From Octopus vulgaris (Eukaryota): a stretch of 64,000 nt of DNA. The translations under genes and the position numbers were made by a program. Below are positions 1 through 12,605 of the stretch, piece after piece (positions within the stretch are counted from its first letter, which is position 1; each line of letters starts with the position of its first letter). The stretch lies in contig OX597832.1 in the NCBI GenBank assembly GCA_951406725.2, positions 36,952,001 through 37,016,000 on the forward strand, given 5' to 3'. The notes beneath the pieces were generated by a model. It did no database searches. It saw only the letters and a program-made list of their open reading frames with translations, and had not been told where the DNA came from.

Positions 1-419
1 TACATTGCAAATCTTGTGAAAGCTGACTGAAGACCACCTCTTTTTTTTTTGTTGGAACTTGCTAGCACATTTCTCTACTCTTTCCATTCTTCTTAATGAG
101 ATCTTGTGCATTTGGAGTGACTATAAAAGCTTTCCCCCAAATCCATGGCAATACTCCATGAATGCATATAGATCCATCATCCTCACATCCATTCTCCGTG
201 CTACCTTGGGCTACACAACATTTGCTGGGGCAGGTTTCTATGACTGGTGAGTTCAACTTATTACCGAGACTCTGACCGGTTTTCAAAGTGAGATATTTTC
301 ATTCCACTGGCCCTCACATTACAAACCAATGGATCACTGAACCTGCAGGAATTTTATTTACTGGAGAGTGTAAACAGTGTCCATACCTTTATCTTTTTCC
401 TTTTTTTTCCCCCATCTTT

Positions 420-770
420 TTACTTGTTTCACTCATTAGATGGCAGCCGTGCTGCGGCACCACTTTGAAGAATTTTTAGTTGAATAAATTGATCCCAATA
501 CTTATATTTTAAGGCCTGGTTCTTATTCTATTGCCCTCTTTTGCTTACCTGCTCAGTTACAGGGATGTAAACACCCCAACACCACTTGCCAAGCAGTGGT
601 GGGGGATAAAGGCGTGCACACACACACACATATATATACACAATACACTTCTTTCAGTTTCCATCTACCAAATCCACTCTCAAGTGGATTTGGTTGGCCT
701 GTGGCTATAGTAGAAGACACTTGCCCAAGGTGTGAGGCAGTGGGACTGAACCCGGAACCACATGCCTGGT
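420..770 (-). mobile_element. tRNA-derived SINE family B (gcaccttgggcaagtgtcttctactatagc core)
   Basis: Near-identical organisation to copies at 31170-31545, 39075-39430 and 43630-43970. Confidence 0.85.
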
Positions 771-865
771 CAATTTGTGTTAATGAGGACACAAGGAAAT
801 AACATTCCTAAACACGCACACGTATATTAACTCACATGACATGTATATGTGTGTGTATGTATATA

Positions 866-907
<42 letters not shown>

Positions 908-1049
908 AAAGGCTTTCTCTGTTTCATTCTAACCACTTTTATTTTTAAACCATTGTTCTGTTCTAGGTGCCATGTAGTAGGACTATACTTGAAGCCATGC
1001 ACTTGTGAAATGCACTTCATGACCTATCATGCCATTGTCCATATATAGT

Positions 1050-1385
1050 GAAGGCATGTGGTTTAGTGGTTAGGGGTAATCAGCTTACAATCGTAAGGTC
1101 ATAAGTTCAATTCCCAACGGCACACTGTGTCCTTGAGCAAGACGCTTTATTTCACTTTATTGCTCTAGTCCACTCAGCTGGCAAAAAATTAATTGAACCT
1201 GTCTTTCAAAAGGGCCAACCGTGTCAGATTCTGTGTGTCATGCTGAATCTCCCCAAGAACTATGTTAAGGGTATGCATGTCTGTGGAGTGCTCAGCCACT
1301 TGCACGTTAATTTCATGAGCAAGCTGTTCTGTTGATCAGATCAACTGGAACTCACATCCTCATAAACTGACAGAGCACCAGTTTC
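1050..1385 (+). mobile_element. tRNA-derived SINE family C (ccttgagcaagacactttatttc core)
   Basis: A-box tggtttagtgg and B-box gttcaattccc. Related copies at 17505-17815 and 30385-30670. Confidence 0.8.
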
Positions 1386-2509
1386 CGGCAGGGAGTTTTT
1401 GTACATATATATAGGGTTATGTATAACTATGTATACAAATGTATGTGTGTAAGATTATCTCAATAATATATGAAGTTGAGTGTAACATTGAATGTAAACG
1501 ACAAGCTTGTGAGATTGAAAGGCAGAGGCATCTAAACATAAAATGCATGTTTTTAATAAGTGTGAACGCAAAGTGGGGAAACATGAGTCATTAAAGAAAG
1601 CAAGATGTTTATTAATAATATTATTGCTGTAAAATTGATAACAGTTTCTCTGTGAAAAAGAAAGGGTGTACAGAAAAGGGGAAGAGAAAGGATTCAGAGA
1701 TGGATTACAGGACTGTCGTTCTATCAAATAAACTTTAACAGATACTGATCCCGCCCTCTCCTCATCCTTTTAAAATCTAATTGAAACTCACAAAAGCGCA
1801 TGCCAACAAAACAAGCCAACCACAATATCCTCGCTGCCACAATCAGCCACCATTTTCATCTGCTGCTTGCTATCACTTAGAAATATATTTTTATCTTATT
1901 TGTTTACTTGCATGTCAAACGAGTGTGAGTGTGGCGCATCAAGTGGGAGGAGGCTTATATTTCAGTGATGACTCAACTTTTCTTTACTGCATCAGTTTGA
2001 AGAAGGGGGTGGAATGAAACCCCTGTCTCATTGATTCCAAAGTCAATACACAACTAGTTTAGGTTTTTCTACTAGTAGATTTACACTTCATCATCTCCTT
2101 GCTAACCCCTTTGTCTACACAGTGGAGGGGTAGACGGGTAGGGGATATGACAGCACCTAGCTTCAACAAGTTGGAAACATAGCCCTTAACTTTTATTCTC
2201 CGTTTCCTCTTTCCTCTCCCCACACCCCTATGTTCAACTACTTGTTATCACTTATTCAACAATCTTGAATCAATGTAACAACTCCCACATACTCACCCAA
2301 CACCACCCACCCCCATCACATTCAATGGCCAACACAACCACCGTTACAGAAATCAAGTTTTTCTCTCTCTTTATTTTGTTATTTCGTTCATAAAAGAATA
2401 CTTCTACCTCAATATTTGTGTTTGTAGTCATTATGAGGTTGTGATTAGTAGACTAAGAAGATTGTCAAACAAAGTGTGGTATTTAGTTGTCGTTCCTGCA
2501 GATTTTTGT

Positions 2510-3690
2510 CAAATAAAGTTGCTGTCAAGTATTAGGGTTGATGTAATTGGTTAATCCCCCTTACCCCCAAAGTTGGTGACCTTGTGCCAAAAACTGAAAC
2601 AAAGGCAGTAAGCTGGCAGAATTATTAGCATTTAAGGCAAAAATACCTCGCAGCATTTTTTCTAGCTCTCTGTGTTCTGAGTTCAAATACAGCTGAGGCT
2701 AACTTTGCCTTTCATCCTTTCAGAGTTATTGAAGGGTTAGTTAAGCAATGGAATCAGTGTAATCAACTAAACCCGTCCCCTTAAAATTGATGGCTTTGTA
2801 CCAAAAATTTAAAGGAATCATTAATTTTGCTGAATTAGCAGAATCAGTTGAACAGTGGACAAAATATGTTACAGTATTTGGTTACAGCCGTTTACATTCT
2901 GAATTCAAATCACATTTGGGTTGATAAAAATAAAGTACCAGTCATATACTAGTCTGATCTGATTATTTCCTCCCCCTAAAATTTCTGACTCTGGGCTGGA
3001 GATATCAAATGACCTCCTTAACCTCAAAGATTGCTGGCAGCCTTGTGTCTGAGTGAGAATCAGTATCATCAGATGAAATGCTTAGCTGTTGCTTCGTCCG
3101 GCTCTTTTATATTTTGAGTTCAAATACTGCCACAGTCAACTTTGCTTTCATCGTTTTTTAGGATTTATAAAATAATACCACCTGAGCACTGGGGTTGATG
3201 TCATCAACTTAGCCCTACCCCTAAAATTGCTGGCCTTGTGCTGAAATTGGAAACAAGTATTGGTAAGCTGGCAGAATGGTTAGTATGCCAGACATGACAC
3301 TTAGGAGCATTTTGTTGGTCTGTACATTCTGAGTTCTAATTCTGCCAAGGTCGACTTTGCCTTTCATCTTTCTGGGGTCGATAAAATAAGTACCAGTTGA
3401 TTACAAGGGTAGATGTAATCAACTATACCTGTCCCCTAAAACTTTCAGGCCGTATGCTTATAGTATAAAGGATTGCTATTATCATTGTTGGGCCAGCAAA
3501 ATGGCAAAATCGGTAGAGCATCAGAAGAAATGCACTGCAGGAGTTGTTGCTGCTCTTTATATTCTAGGTTCAAACCTGATGAAGTCAACTTTGCCTTTCA
3601 TCTTTTCTGGGTCAGTCAAGTATTGGTCAGGTACTTGGGTCAATGGCATCAGCTAACTTTCTCTCCTTAAATTGTTGGCCTTGTGCCTTT
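2510..3690 (+). mobile_element. Head-to-tail cluster of ~6 SINE family A copies (Meta-SINE-like core)
   Basis: Repeated gctggcagaat..ttagca...gagttcaaat...actttgcctttcatc...ataagtaccag...gatgtaatcaact...ggccttgtgc units. Confidence 0.85.
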
Positions 3691-4637
3691 ATTGTTATCG
3701 TTCTGTGTAGATGCCATTACTCCCTATTCAATAGATAATATTATTCTGTCTGCCTCTGGCTAATATAGAAACTATCACCCTCATAACCCCTGCCACCTTC
3801 ACTAACATCACTTCTCATCTCCACCATCACCTATACTTTCTTCTCTCTATCCCCCCCTCCCGTCATATTCACTGTATTAACATCAACTTTTTTCTTTTCA
3901 CTAAAATCCTTTCACTTGTTATTATCATCAAAAATGACATTTCATTTTGTCTTTTGTTTTTTTTTTTTCAATTTCAAAATCTTTCCCTTGAAGTTTCTAC
4001 TTGAGTGTTGAACTAAAGACACACGCATTCGTGCCTACTCTCTCTCTCTCTCTCTCCATCTCTCTCTCTTTACCTACATATCTGTCACAGCCAAGATGTA
4101 AAGCTGTCATGCAAGTTTCAATCCTCCTTCTGATTATCTTCACTTCTTTTCTTTTTAAAAAGAAGAAAGAATAGAAATAGCTTTTCTTTTTTAAAATAAG
4201 TTATTTTGCTTGCTGCACTTAAAAATATTATTATTGCGGTTATTATTATTATTATTTTTATTATCATTATTATTGCATCATACGTACATGTTGACTGTTA
4301 ACAATGTAGCAAGTCAATCTCCTTGTTCTGGCTGTGTGTGTAAAGGGGTGGGGAAGAGTGACATGCAGACAGATTGCAATAATAATGTACAAGATGGGTG
4401 GTGGTGGTGGTAGTAAAGTGTATAGTCTCACCCCCACCTTCCCATCATCTCTTTTCTTTTTCCATCTCCTTCACACGCACACTAACCCCCCCCCCATCAG
4501 CATCTTCAAATAAGTTTGTATTGATTTAACATGAAGAATTTAGTGATTTCCTAACAAATTTTCAGGAAATTTTCTTTGAATAGTGTCAAAAGGAGAGAGT
4601 GAATAGATTAAATTAGTAATAATAATAATAATAATAA

Positions 4638-4850
4638 GAGCACTCAGAGAGTGCAAATCTCCACCAAGGTAACACCAACGTCCTCTCAATGATTAGCCGG
4701 AGATGATTTTTAAAATGAGAATATCTGAAATAAACTCGAATGCTCTCACAGACGAGAATACTAAAAATGAACCCGACCACTCTCAAAAATTTAGTAAAAA
4801 GAAAAAAACAGAAAAATAATCCAGAATCATTGTCCGGTACCTGGAATGTG
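4638..4850. repeat. Interspersed repeat fragment (gagcactcagagagtgcaaatctccaccaagg...)
   Basis: Follows a (TAA)n run. Motif recognised from memory as an interspersed repeat; class not determined. Confidence 0.4.
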
Positions 4851-4899
4851 ATGTGGGTGTGTAGGCTATGTGTGTGTGTCGTCTGCAATGGGAACTAGG

Positions 4900-5090
4900 A
4901 CAGTTTTCTCTATGAAGGCCTTTTTTAGTCTATCCACTGATATGATGTTTTTACGACCATTAAGGTCTATGGTGAAAAATGTATCCATGCATGAAAGAAA
5001 ATAGAAAGGACCTGCATATGGTGCTGTTAACGGAGGTTTAACAATATTGTTGCGCTCAAAAACGTGAGTCCAAGAAGTAAAGCTTCCTTC
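4900..5090 (-). mobile_element. Ty3/Gypsy LTR retrotransposon integrase C-terminal (GPY/F) fragment
   Basis: THVFERNNIVKPPLTAPYAGPF...FTIDLNGRKNIISVDRLKKAF matches the GPY/F module pattern. Confidence 0.8.
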
Positions 5091-5696
5091 AAGGCAGAGC
5101 TTGAAATGGAATTGTAAAGTAGGTAACAAGTTTTAAACAGGAGCAATATATTCAAAGTTGGTAAAACTGAAAAAAGTATTTTTGCCAATGCTCTGACAAT
5201 TCTGCCAGTTTGTTGCCTTCATAATAATATATAACAAAAATTATTTCTTATATTTGCCACTAGGCCGTCAATGAGGGAGCAATCGCAAAAGCCTAACATA
5301 GCGTATCCATAGGAAAATCGAATCGGAGAGGGGGATGAAGTACAACATCTCTAGGTGTATAAATTGTCAGAGATGATAATGCAGTCCTTCCTGACAGAGG
5401 AGGCTCTCGGTCTAGGACCAGTTGAGGAATCCCACTGTCCAAGGCAAACAACCTCTCCAACTGTCTACAGGGCTTTTGAAGTGATCTTAAGCCCTCTTGC
5501 CATTTTTGTTACTCTCACCCCACTTTCAGTCATTGGTGCATAACACCTTCTTCACTTCATCCTCATTTATAAGTGAAACTTCAAAAAGTCCAATAAGAGC
5601 TTTACCAAAGAGTTGTCCTCAGACATTACATTCTTGTTCATCACACGACTGCTTTCATTATGGCCATCAGACAGAAGAAAACTGTCTCTGCTCAAT

Positions 5697-5925
5697 TTAA
5701 CTCTTTAGCATTCAAATTATTCTCTCAAATGTAATGCTTATTTATTCATATTGTTTTGAATTAATCATGCATTATTGCATAGCTTTGAGATTTCAATGAT
5801 GTGAGTGCTTATTTTTAGAAAGACATTGTAGGATCAGTGTGAGAGGCCAGAATTGGCTGGTTTGAACATAAAATGGGTATAATACTTAGAGGCCTGATAT
5901 AGCCAGTTTAAATAGGGCTAAAAGA
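5697..5925. mobile_element. piggyBac-type non-autonomous MITE
   Basis: Starts ttaactctttagcatt. Homologous to 20121-20345 (inverted) and 47881-48114. Confidence 0.7.
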
Positions 5926-6230
5926 AGGCCGCAGAGCAATCATAGCCATAAACTCAAAGGAGTATCAGGTGTGACCATCTGACATAACTCAACAATTCAG
6001 CATTGCTCGGACACTTAACAAGTATGTACAGAAAGGTTCCATTGTTATGTGTAAATCTTATACAGGCCCAGTTGACAGCACTTCCATGCTTGTAAAACAG
6101 AAAAACTCACCAAAAAGAAGTTGGTTCATTCCTTATAAAGTGACAAAAAGACTTTAAATTGTTTTGAAGCAAACACATCCCAGTTTGTATGAACAACAAA
6201 AAATTTGAAGAATTTTACTGAGTCACTCTG
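5925..6230 (+). mobile_element. Degenerate Tc1-like transposase N-terminal (HTH) fragment
   Basis: RRAIIAIN...PSDITQQFSIARTLNKYVQKGS resembles a Tc1 paired-like HTH. Interrupted by stops. Confidence 0.4.
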
Positions 6231-7204
6231 GAGCTTGCCCTTCCCATTGATACCAGTAATACTAGTGACTGTTTCTAGTGGGAACTAGATAACTACATTG
6301 ACTCCAGTATATGACTGGTACTTTATCAATGCTGGAGTGATGAAAAGCAGAGCTGACTTTAACAGAACTTGAACCCAGAACATAAAGAGCTTGAAGAAAC
6401 ACGGTTCTGGTTGATTTCTTTCGTAGCTCCATTTCCAGATTCTTCTCCATGTCAGTACTGAATGTTTATTTATAAAATTATCCTATATATCCATAAAATC
6501 TACTTCCACCACCTCAACACTGCTTACCAATCTCAAAGACACCACTACCACCACATCAACAACAACAACACTACCACCCTCCGGTCAATACATCATCATC
6601 CCTCATCCATACCTTGACAGACATCTCTTCTATAAACACTGTTTGACATCATTAATGTCCTCTCCTGGTCTTTCAGCTCAATTCTGCTCCAAGAATTAAT
6701 TCAATGATATCAGTTCCTCTTAGGATCTCAGTTATTCATTTTATTCTTTCTCTCTCTCTCTTCCTCTCCCTCTCTCTTTCTCCCTCCCTCTCTCTAGTGC
6801 AATAAAAATATGTTCCATCACAAAATGGTGCAAGATTGTTATAAAAGACAGAGAAAGCTGAAGGAGATAAAATGAAAAAACTCAATCAAATGAAATTTGT
6901 GGAGTATTTGTTTTGTTAGTTTTTAATATTTTCTCCCCAGCACTCTGGAAATAAATCACGTGCCAGGAAGCTAAAATATAATGGCACCAATAAGTGGAAT
7001 GGTCGATAATCAATAGCAATGCTGTTGTATTAACAGATGAGGAAACCAACCATTCAAATTTCAGGCTTGGTCCGGCACCACTGGATCTGAGACAAAAGAC
7101 ACGGATGCCCAGTGAAATGACTGCCGTTTAATTAAATGATCAACTGAAGAATTTCAAGGTTTTACTGTCAACTGGTTGCTATATTCAGACAATGTTCTCC
7201 TCTT

Positions 7205-7380
7205 CCTTATTATTATCATCGTTTCTACTAATGCAACTACTATTATCCCCACTACTTCTACTATAGCTACTGTTACCACTACAACTATTATTATCACCAA
7301 AACTTCTGACACCACCACTACTACAACGATTATTATTATTATCATCACCAACATTACTACTACTACTATTAACAATATCA
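7205..7380. repeat. Degenerate trinucleotide (ACT/ATT/ACC) low-complexity tract
   Basis: Produces the spurious T/I-rich ORFs 7154-7441 and 7176-7487. Confidence 0.85.
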
Positions 7381-8366
7381 ACATAGAACCAGCGAGGGAG
7401 CTGCTATACAGTAGCTCAAATCTGCTAAAAATAGCAGTCAAATCTTCCTCATATCATGCTCCACCATCTTATGTAAAGCAACAATGAAAAGATGGTCACG
7501 ATTAGATTGTCTTTCATTATAGTTCTGCTGGATCAGAGCTCTCCTGCAACTAAACAGCATATTAAGCATAATGCTTTCTAATGCAACTGCAAGGCCAAAT
7601 GGAATACAGTTGATTGTATCACACCCTTTGGTGACTTATTTCATCAACCTTGGAAGGATGAAAGATAAAAGTCAATGCAACTGCCAAATGGACCTTTATA
7701 TAAATCTAACTTTTAGGTACCTAGCTTCTCTCAACCCAAATCATTTACAGCAGTGGGATTAACTCGTGTCCGAGTATTAAATCCATAGCAAGTTAGTGAG
7801 CCTCTTCATCTTGATGGCTGCAGAGGCTGCCAGTGTCTGAGGTGGCTGTTCAGGCCAAGGGTAGTATAGAAGAGCCAGAACCATTTATCAGAGGGTCGGG
7901 CTGGCCGCGAATGAGGAAGTGCAAGTCACTCTTTACATCTTCGATGTTTGTTATTTCCCATCTGGTCTGTTCCCTTGACAATGACATGTCATCACTTTGA
8001 GCTGTCCCTGGCAATTGTCTCCCATCTACTTGGGTTGATGCTGTTTTTGTATCCATTTGAGGATTTCTTCCAGGCGTTCATCCATCATTCCCATGTTTAG
8101 TCTGAAAGGCTTTATTAGTTGTCTTCATCTTTCGTTTCAAATTACATTTGTTTACTTTCACGCATCCACCTTGTACTGTTAATTCTACGCAAATCTTGTG
8201 GCTGCTGCCGATATACAAAGTTCCCAGTCTTAACGTTAAAGGCACAAAACTGGATATTAGTATTTTTGGTCAATAACTGAGGAAGGTTAGGGTCCTTGTG
8301 TCTGTCCCACATGTGCATTTTGTAGTATTTCATGCATTCTTCATTTATGTGTGTGTGTGCATATGC

Positions 8367-8530
8367 ATGCATGGCTGTGTGGTTAAAAAGCTTGCTTATC
8401 AACCATGTGGTCTTAAGTTCAGTCCCACTAGGACACCTTGAGCAGATGTCTTCTACTATAGCCTGGGTCAACCAAAGCCCCCAAAGTCTTGTGAACAGAT
8501 ATGGTAGATGGAAACTAAAAGAAGAGTTGT
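8367..8530 (+). mobile_element. SINE family B, 5' part
   Basis: gcatggctgtgtggttaaaaagcttgct...gttcagtcccact...ggtagatggaaactaaaagaag. Confidence 0.8.
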
Positions 8531-8924
8531 AGTACCCCAGCATAGCCACTGCCTTTGGGCTGGAGCATATAAAAGAACGGCCACAGCTTGTGTGCTGAAA
8601 CTGGATATAAAATATATATATATATGTATATATATGCATGTACACTGTGTGTCTGTGTCCAACAAATGCCGTCATGGAAAATGGTCATTAAATAATGACG
8701 TATATATATGTATGAATTTTTGTGTGTTTGTGTGTGTGTTGTTAAGATGCCATACAAACTATGTTTATTTGTTTCCAGTCTTCCATGTAAAATATTACCT
8801 TACTTGCAAACAGGTGAAGGTTGGCAGCAGCAAGGGCATTCAGCCGTAGAAAATTTGTCTCAGCAATTTTCTACTGATCCAAACAAGAATGGAAAAGTGG
8901 ATTTTACAATGATAATAATAAATG

Positions 8925-8959
8925 CACACACACACATGATGATGATGATGATGATGATG

Positions 8960-9010
<51 letters not shown>
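8925..9010. repeat. Compound microsatellite (CA)n(ATG)n(GT)n
   Basis: Direct reading. Confidence 0.95.
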
Positions 9011-9011
<1 letters not shown>

Positions 9012-11210
9012 TACTTGTCAGATATTGGGGTCGATGTATTCCACTGTTGCTTCCTCCAGTGTATTCTATTGTTATTAACAATCATTCCTGCTCAGCATTC
9101 TATGCTTCACACCACATTGTGTGTGTGTGTGCGTGCGTGTGTGTGTGTGCATGCGGCATGCTCCCACCACCGCCTGCTGCTGTATATTTTAATAAAGAAT
9201 GCTAGTCTTTAAATGAAATATTAAATTATTCTATTTTGTTTCCATGGAAACTGGCTGTTTTACTATTGTCTTCACATTATTTTAATCATCTCTTAACGTT
9301 ATTTCCAAATAGGTTATATGGAGCAGTGTTTATGGAATGTGTGTGTGTGTGTGTGCACACATTGTATTGGCTGTTTGGTGTGTGAGTGTGTGTGTATGTT
9401 GTATAGAACCTGAATGCATGGACTTTGTATTGGCGTAGGCTGTGCATGTGTGTATAGTATGCATTATGCGTGTATGTGTGCCTAAAGTAGATATGCCCTG
9501 TGTTCACTTATAAGCTGTATATGGAGTAGTGTGTGTGTGTACCATTTACTTTGCATCTGTGTAAATATACCACAGGTAGTGTATGGCTATGTGTTAGTGT
9601 GTGTGTACTGTAGGTACCATATTGTCCGCTGACGTTACAATTGTCTTTGCTGATATCATTCAATGTTTACCATAATATTCAGTCATGAAGTACACTGAAT
9701 TGTTGCTACTGCACAGTAACTGGTTGAAAAAGAGTTTATGGTGTTAAGGGTTTGGGATGGGGAGGCTGTTCAAGCATTTTGACTAATTGTGTGGGGGTAA
9801 TGGCACAGACAGACACAGCTAGCTATGTATGGACAGGTAGGTAGGTAGGTAGATATGTTTGTAGATAGATAGATATGTATATGGACATGTAGGTAGGCAG
9901 ATGGATGGATGGATAAATAGATTGATTGATTGATTGATTTGTAAAGCCCTCCTTGTCATCTTCATGTGTGAGATTAAAAAACGAAAAATTTCAATATTTT
10001 CCCTTTCTTAACTGAAAAAACCAAGCTGGATTTGTTATCTTTATATTACCTTTAATTAACTTTGTGATCCATGAATATATATCGTTAATTAAGTAGCATT
10101 CATTAACAATCTGCTCTCAGAGGTACACACTTTTTATCACTTCTGGACCACAGGTATGCGTGCATCTGTGTGTGTGTGTACTATTAATTAATACTGTGTT
10201 CACTAGTGTATCCCATCCATTAATTCCTATGGTCCTCAAGTACCTACCATTTGATTTTCCCCTCAGAAATTACTTTCTTTCATCCTAATCCTTATCATCA
10301 TTATCATATTACCATGAAATTTGATTTCATTACCATCATTCTTATCATCATCATCATCATCATCATCGTTCTCATCAGTTATCTTCGTAGTCATTATCTT
10401 CATAAATAGCAAATTCTAAAACTATCCAGTGATTGATTATTACCAGTAACGACATTTACCATTTCATTTCTGATATCAAAGGGGAATGTATTCCCTTTGG
10501 AAATTGGAAACGTTCTCACCCCCCAACCCCCAACCCCCAACTTCGGTTTGCATTGCCCTGAGCTCTGCTAAACATAATTGACTCTGCCAGTGACACCCTC
10601 TTCTCTTCTTTCTCCCGTCTCCGAACAACAAGTAGGGAAGGGTTGGCGAGAGGGATTGGATTTTGTTTATAAATGTCAGTGAATTAAATATATTGATCTG
10701 GTGGCGGTGGCGGTGGCAGTGGTGATGGTGGTGCTGTAGTGGTAAATGATGTTGATGACAAGTATGGTGCAGTAACTTCAGATACCCCACCATATCTAGT
10801 GATTGGTGGAATCTGTTCTGTATTCGATTGACATACCCCACTCTCCTAATTACATGCCCAGCACTGCTTCATTAACATGTAACCCTGCCTAGTCTGTCCC
10901 ACCCACAGTCATGTTGTGTGTGTGTGTGTGTGTGTTTCTCTCCCTCCCTTATATTAACATGTACCCAACCTCAAACTGCAACCTTTTCATTAGCTCTATA
11001 TCAACTTTCCTACCCCGGATTCCCATTGCTGTTTGTTTTATAGCATCTCCACTCCAACCCCCTATATTTCTCATCATCATCATCATTTAACACCCATTTT
11101 CCCTACTGGCATGAGCTGAATGGTCCCCCAGCAAGAAAACTTAATCCACCACCCACCCTCCCTGACATCCTTCTACTTATCAATTTACTGAGATAATTAG
11201 GCATGTTCCT

Positions 11211-11316
<106 letters not shown>

Positions 11317-11845
11317 AACATGGTGCAAATGGCCACAGATTATGTGATCAAAATCTCCAAACCAATGAACACTGTTCTCATACAGAAAGGTTTCTTTCTA
11401 ACAATCCAGTCAGCCTAATACAAAACACAAGTGTTGGTGGTATTGATGGTGGGTGTTGGACAGTTGTGATGTGTCTCTCTCTCTCTCTATTACTCCTGGT
11501 AGAACAGATAATGGCCAGTCTCACTGGGATGTCCTTGACTGGGTTTGGTGTAGGGTTGAGGCTGTAGTCTTCATTGTTTATTTCCACTTGCTAATTCAGT
11601 GATACTATGAAGCTGTTGGTCAAAAACAAAATTTAACATGCATTAGACATTTGCGACTGCTCACTGTGAGAGAGAGAGAGAGATGGAGGGAGGGAGAGAG
11701 AGAGTTGTTTTTACACCAAACATAACATGAACGCTATTCAGAATATTGTTAAGGATTCAGAGTGCATCCTTCAGTATTGTTTGTTTCCAACATAAACATC
11801 TATTGTTATAAATAAGTTAAGGATCTAAACCTCATTCTCTCTCTC

Positions 11846-11890
<45 letters not shown>

Positions 11891-11924
11891 CTCTTTCTGT
11901 TTCTGTGCATTTAACATTTTACAG

Positions 11925-11945
11925 TTTCATGAACACATGGCTATT
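11925..11945 (+). CDS. dlg1: Candidate 21-nt exon with in-frame ATG upstream of SH3 exon
   Basis: ctgtgcatttaacattttacag|TTTC ATG AAC ACA TGG CTA TT|gtgagt. Splices in frame to 12089, giving MNTWLL-ALFDY. Confidence 0.45.
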
Positions 11946-12088
11946 GTGAGTGGAATTTGTCGATGGATTGTTGTTGTCCTGTTGAAGGCTCAACACCACC
12001 ACCTTCTTCCCATTTCATCAACATTAACCAAGATATCTGTCTCTCATTTTTCTCAACTGCTTTTGTTTTCTCTCTTTTTTGATTGCAG

Positions 12089-12265
12089 GGCCTTGTTTGA
12101 TTATGATCCCACAAAAGACAGCGGATTGCCAAGTAAAGGCTTAGCATTTAAATATGGGGACATCTTACATGTAACCAATGCCAGTGATGATGAGTGGTGG
12201 CAAGCCAAACGTATCACCCCAGAAGGGGAAGAAGAAGGAATGGGTATAATCCCAAGTAAAAGAAG
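12089..12265 (+). CDS. dlg1: Discs large MAGUK, SH3 domain exon (177 nt, phase 2-2)
   Basis: Pyrimidine tract + ttgcag acceptor and AG|gtaaag donor. Encodes (R)[58 protein letters not shown](R), the DLG-family SH3 signature. Confidence 0.97.
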
Positions 12266-12345
12266 GTAAAGCACTTCTCTTACTGTTTTCTCTTTTGATT
12301 CTGTTTGTTACTGAGCCTCTCCTTGTGTCTGTCAGAGTATTCAAT

Positions 12346-12605
12346 CAGTCGTTCTCAGCCGGGGTCCATAGGGCCCTTGGGAGTCCATATAAGACTTTGT
12401 TGTGAAAGTTTATGCGACATAAAACGATTATACTTCTACAAAACATAAAATATTTTAATGATTATTTTTATACAATTCCTTATAATATTTAATTATAAAA
12501 ATATAATAAGATTTTTTTTTAAACATCAGATAGTTATGAGGGTCCATCCAAGTAAAATAAGAATCACAGGGGTCCATAATTTTAAAAAATGGTTGGGAAC
12601 CATTG
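12346..12605. mobile_element. hAT-type MITE
   Basis: Termini cagtcgttctcagcc ... ggttgggaaccattg (cagtggttctcaacc-like TIR). Related copy at 44142-44424. Confidence 0.7.

Noticed and set aside
1050-1130. tRNA gene (A/B boxes present)
   Set aside because: It is the tRNA-derived head of a SINE. No intact cloverleaf, and it continues into a SINE body.
4091-4097. 7-nt unit cag|CCAAGAT|gtaaag after a CT tract
   Set aside because: Not frame-preserving and has no DLG similarity. The pyrimidine tract is just a microsatellite.
7154-7487. Mucin-like Thr/Ile-rich ORFs
   Set aside because: Explained by degenerate trinucleotide repeats; no splice or homology support.
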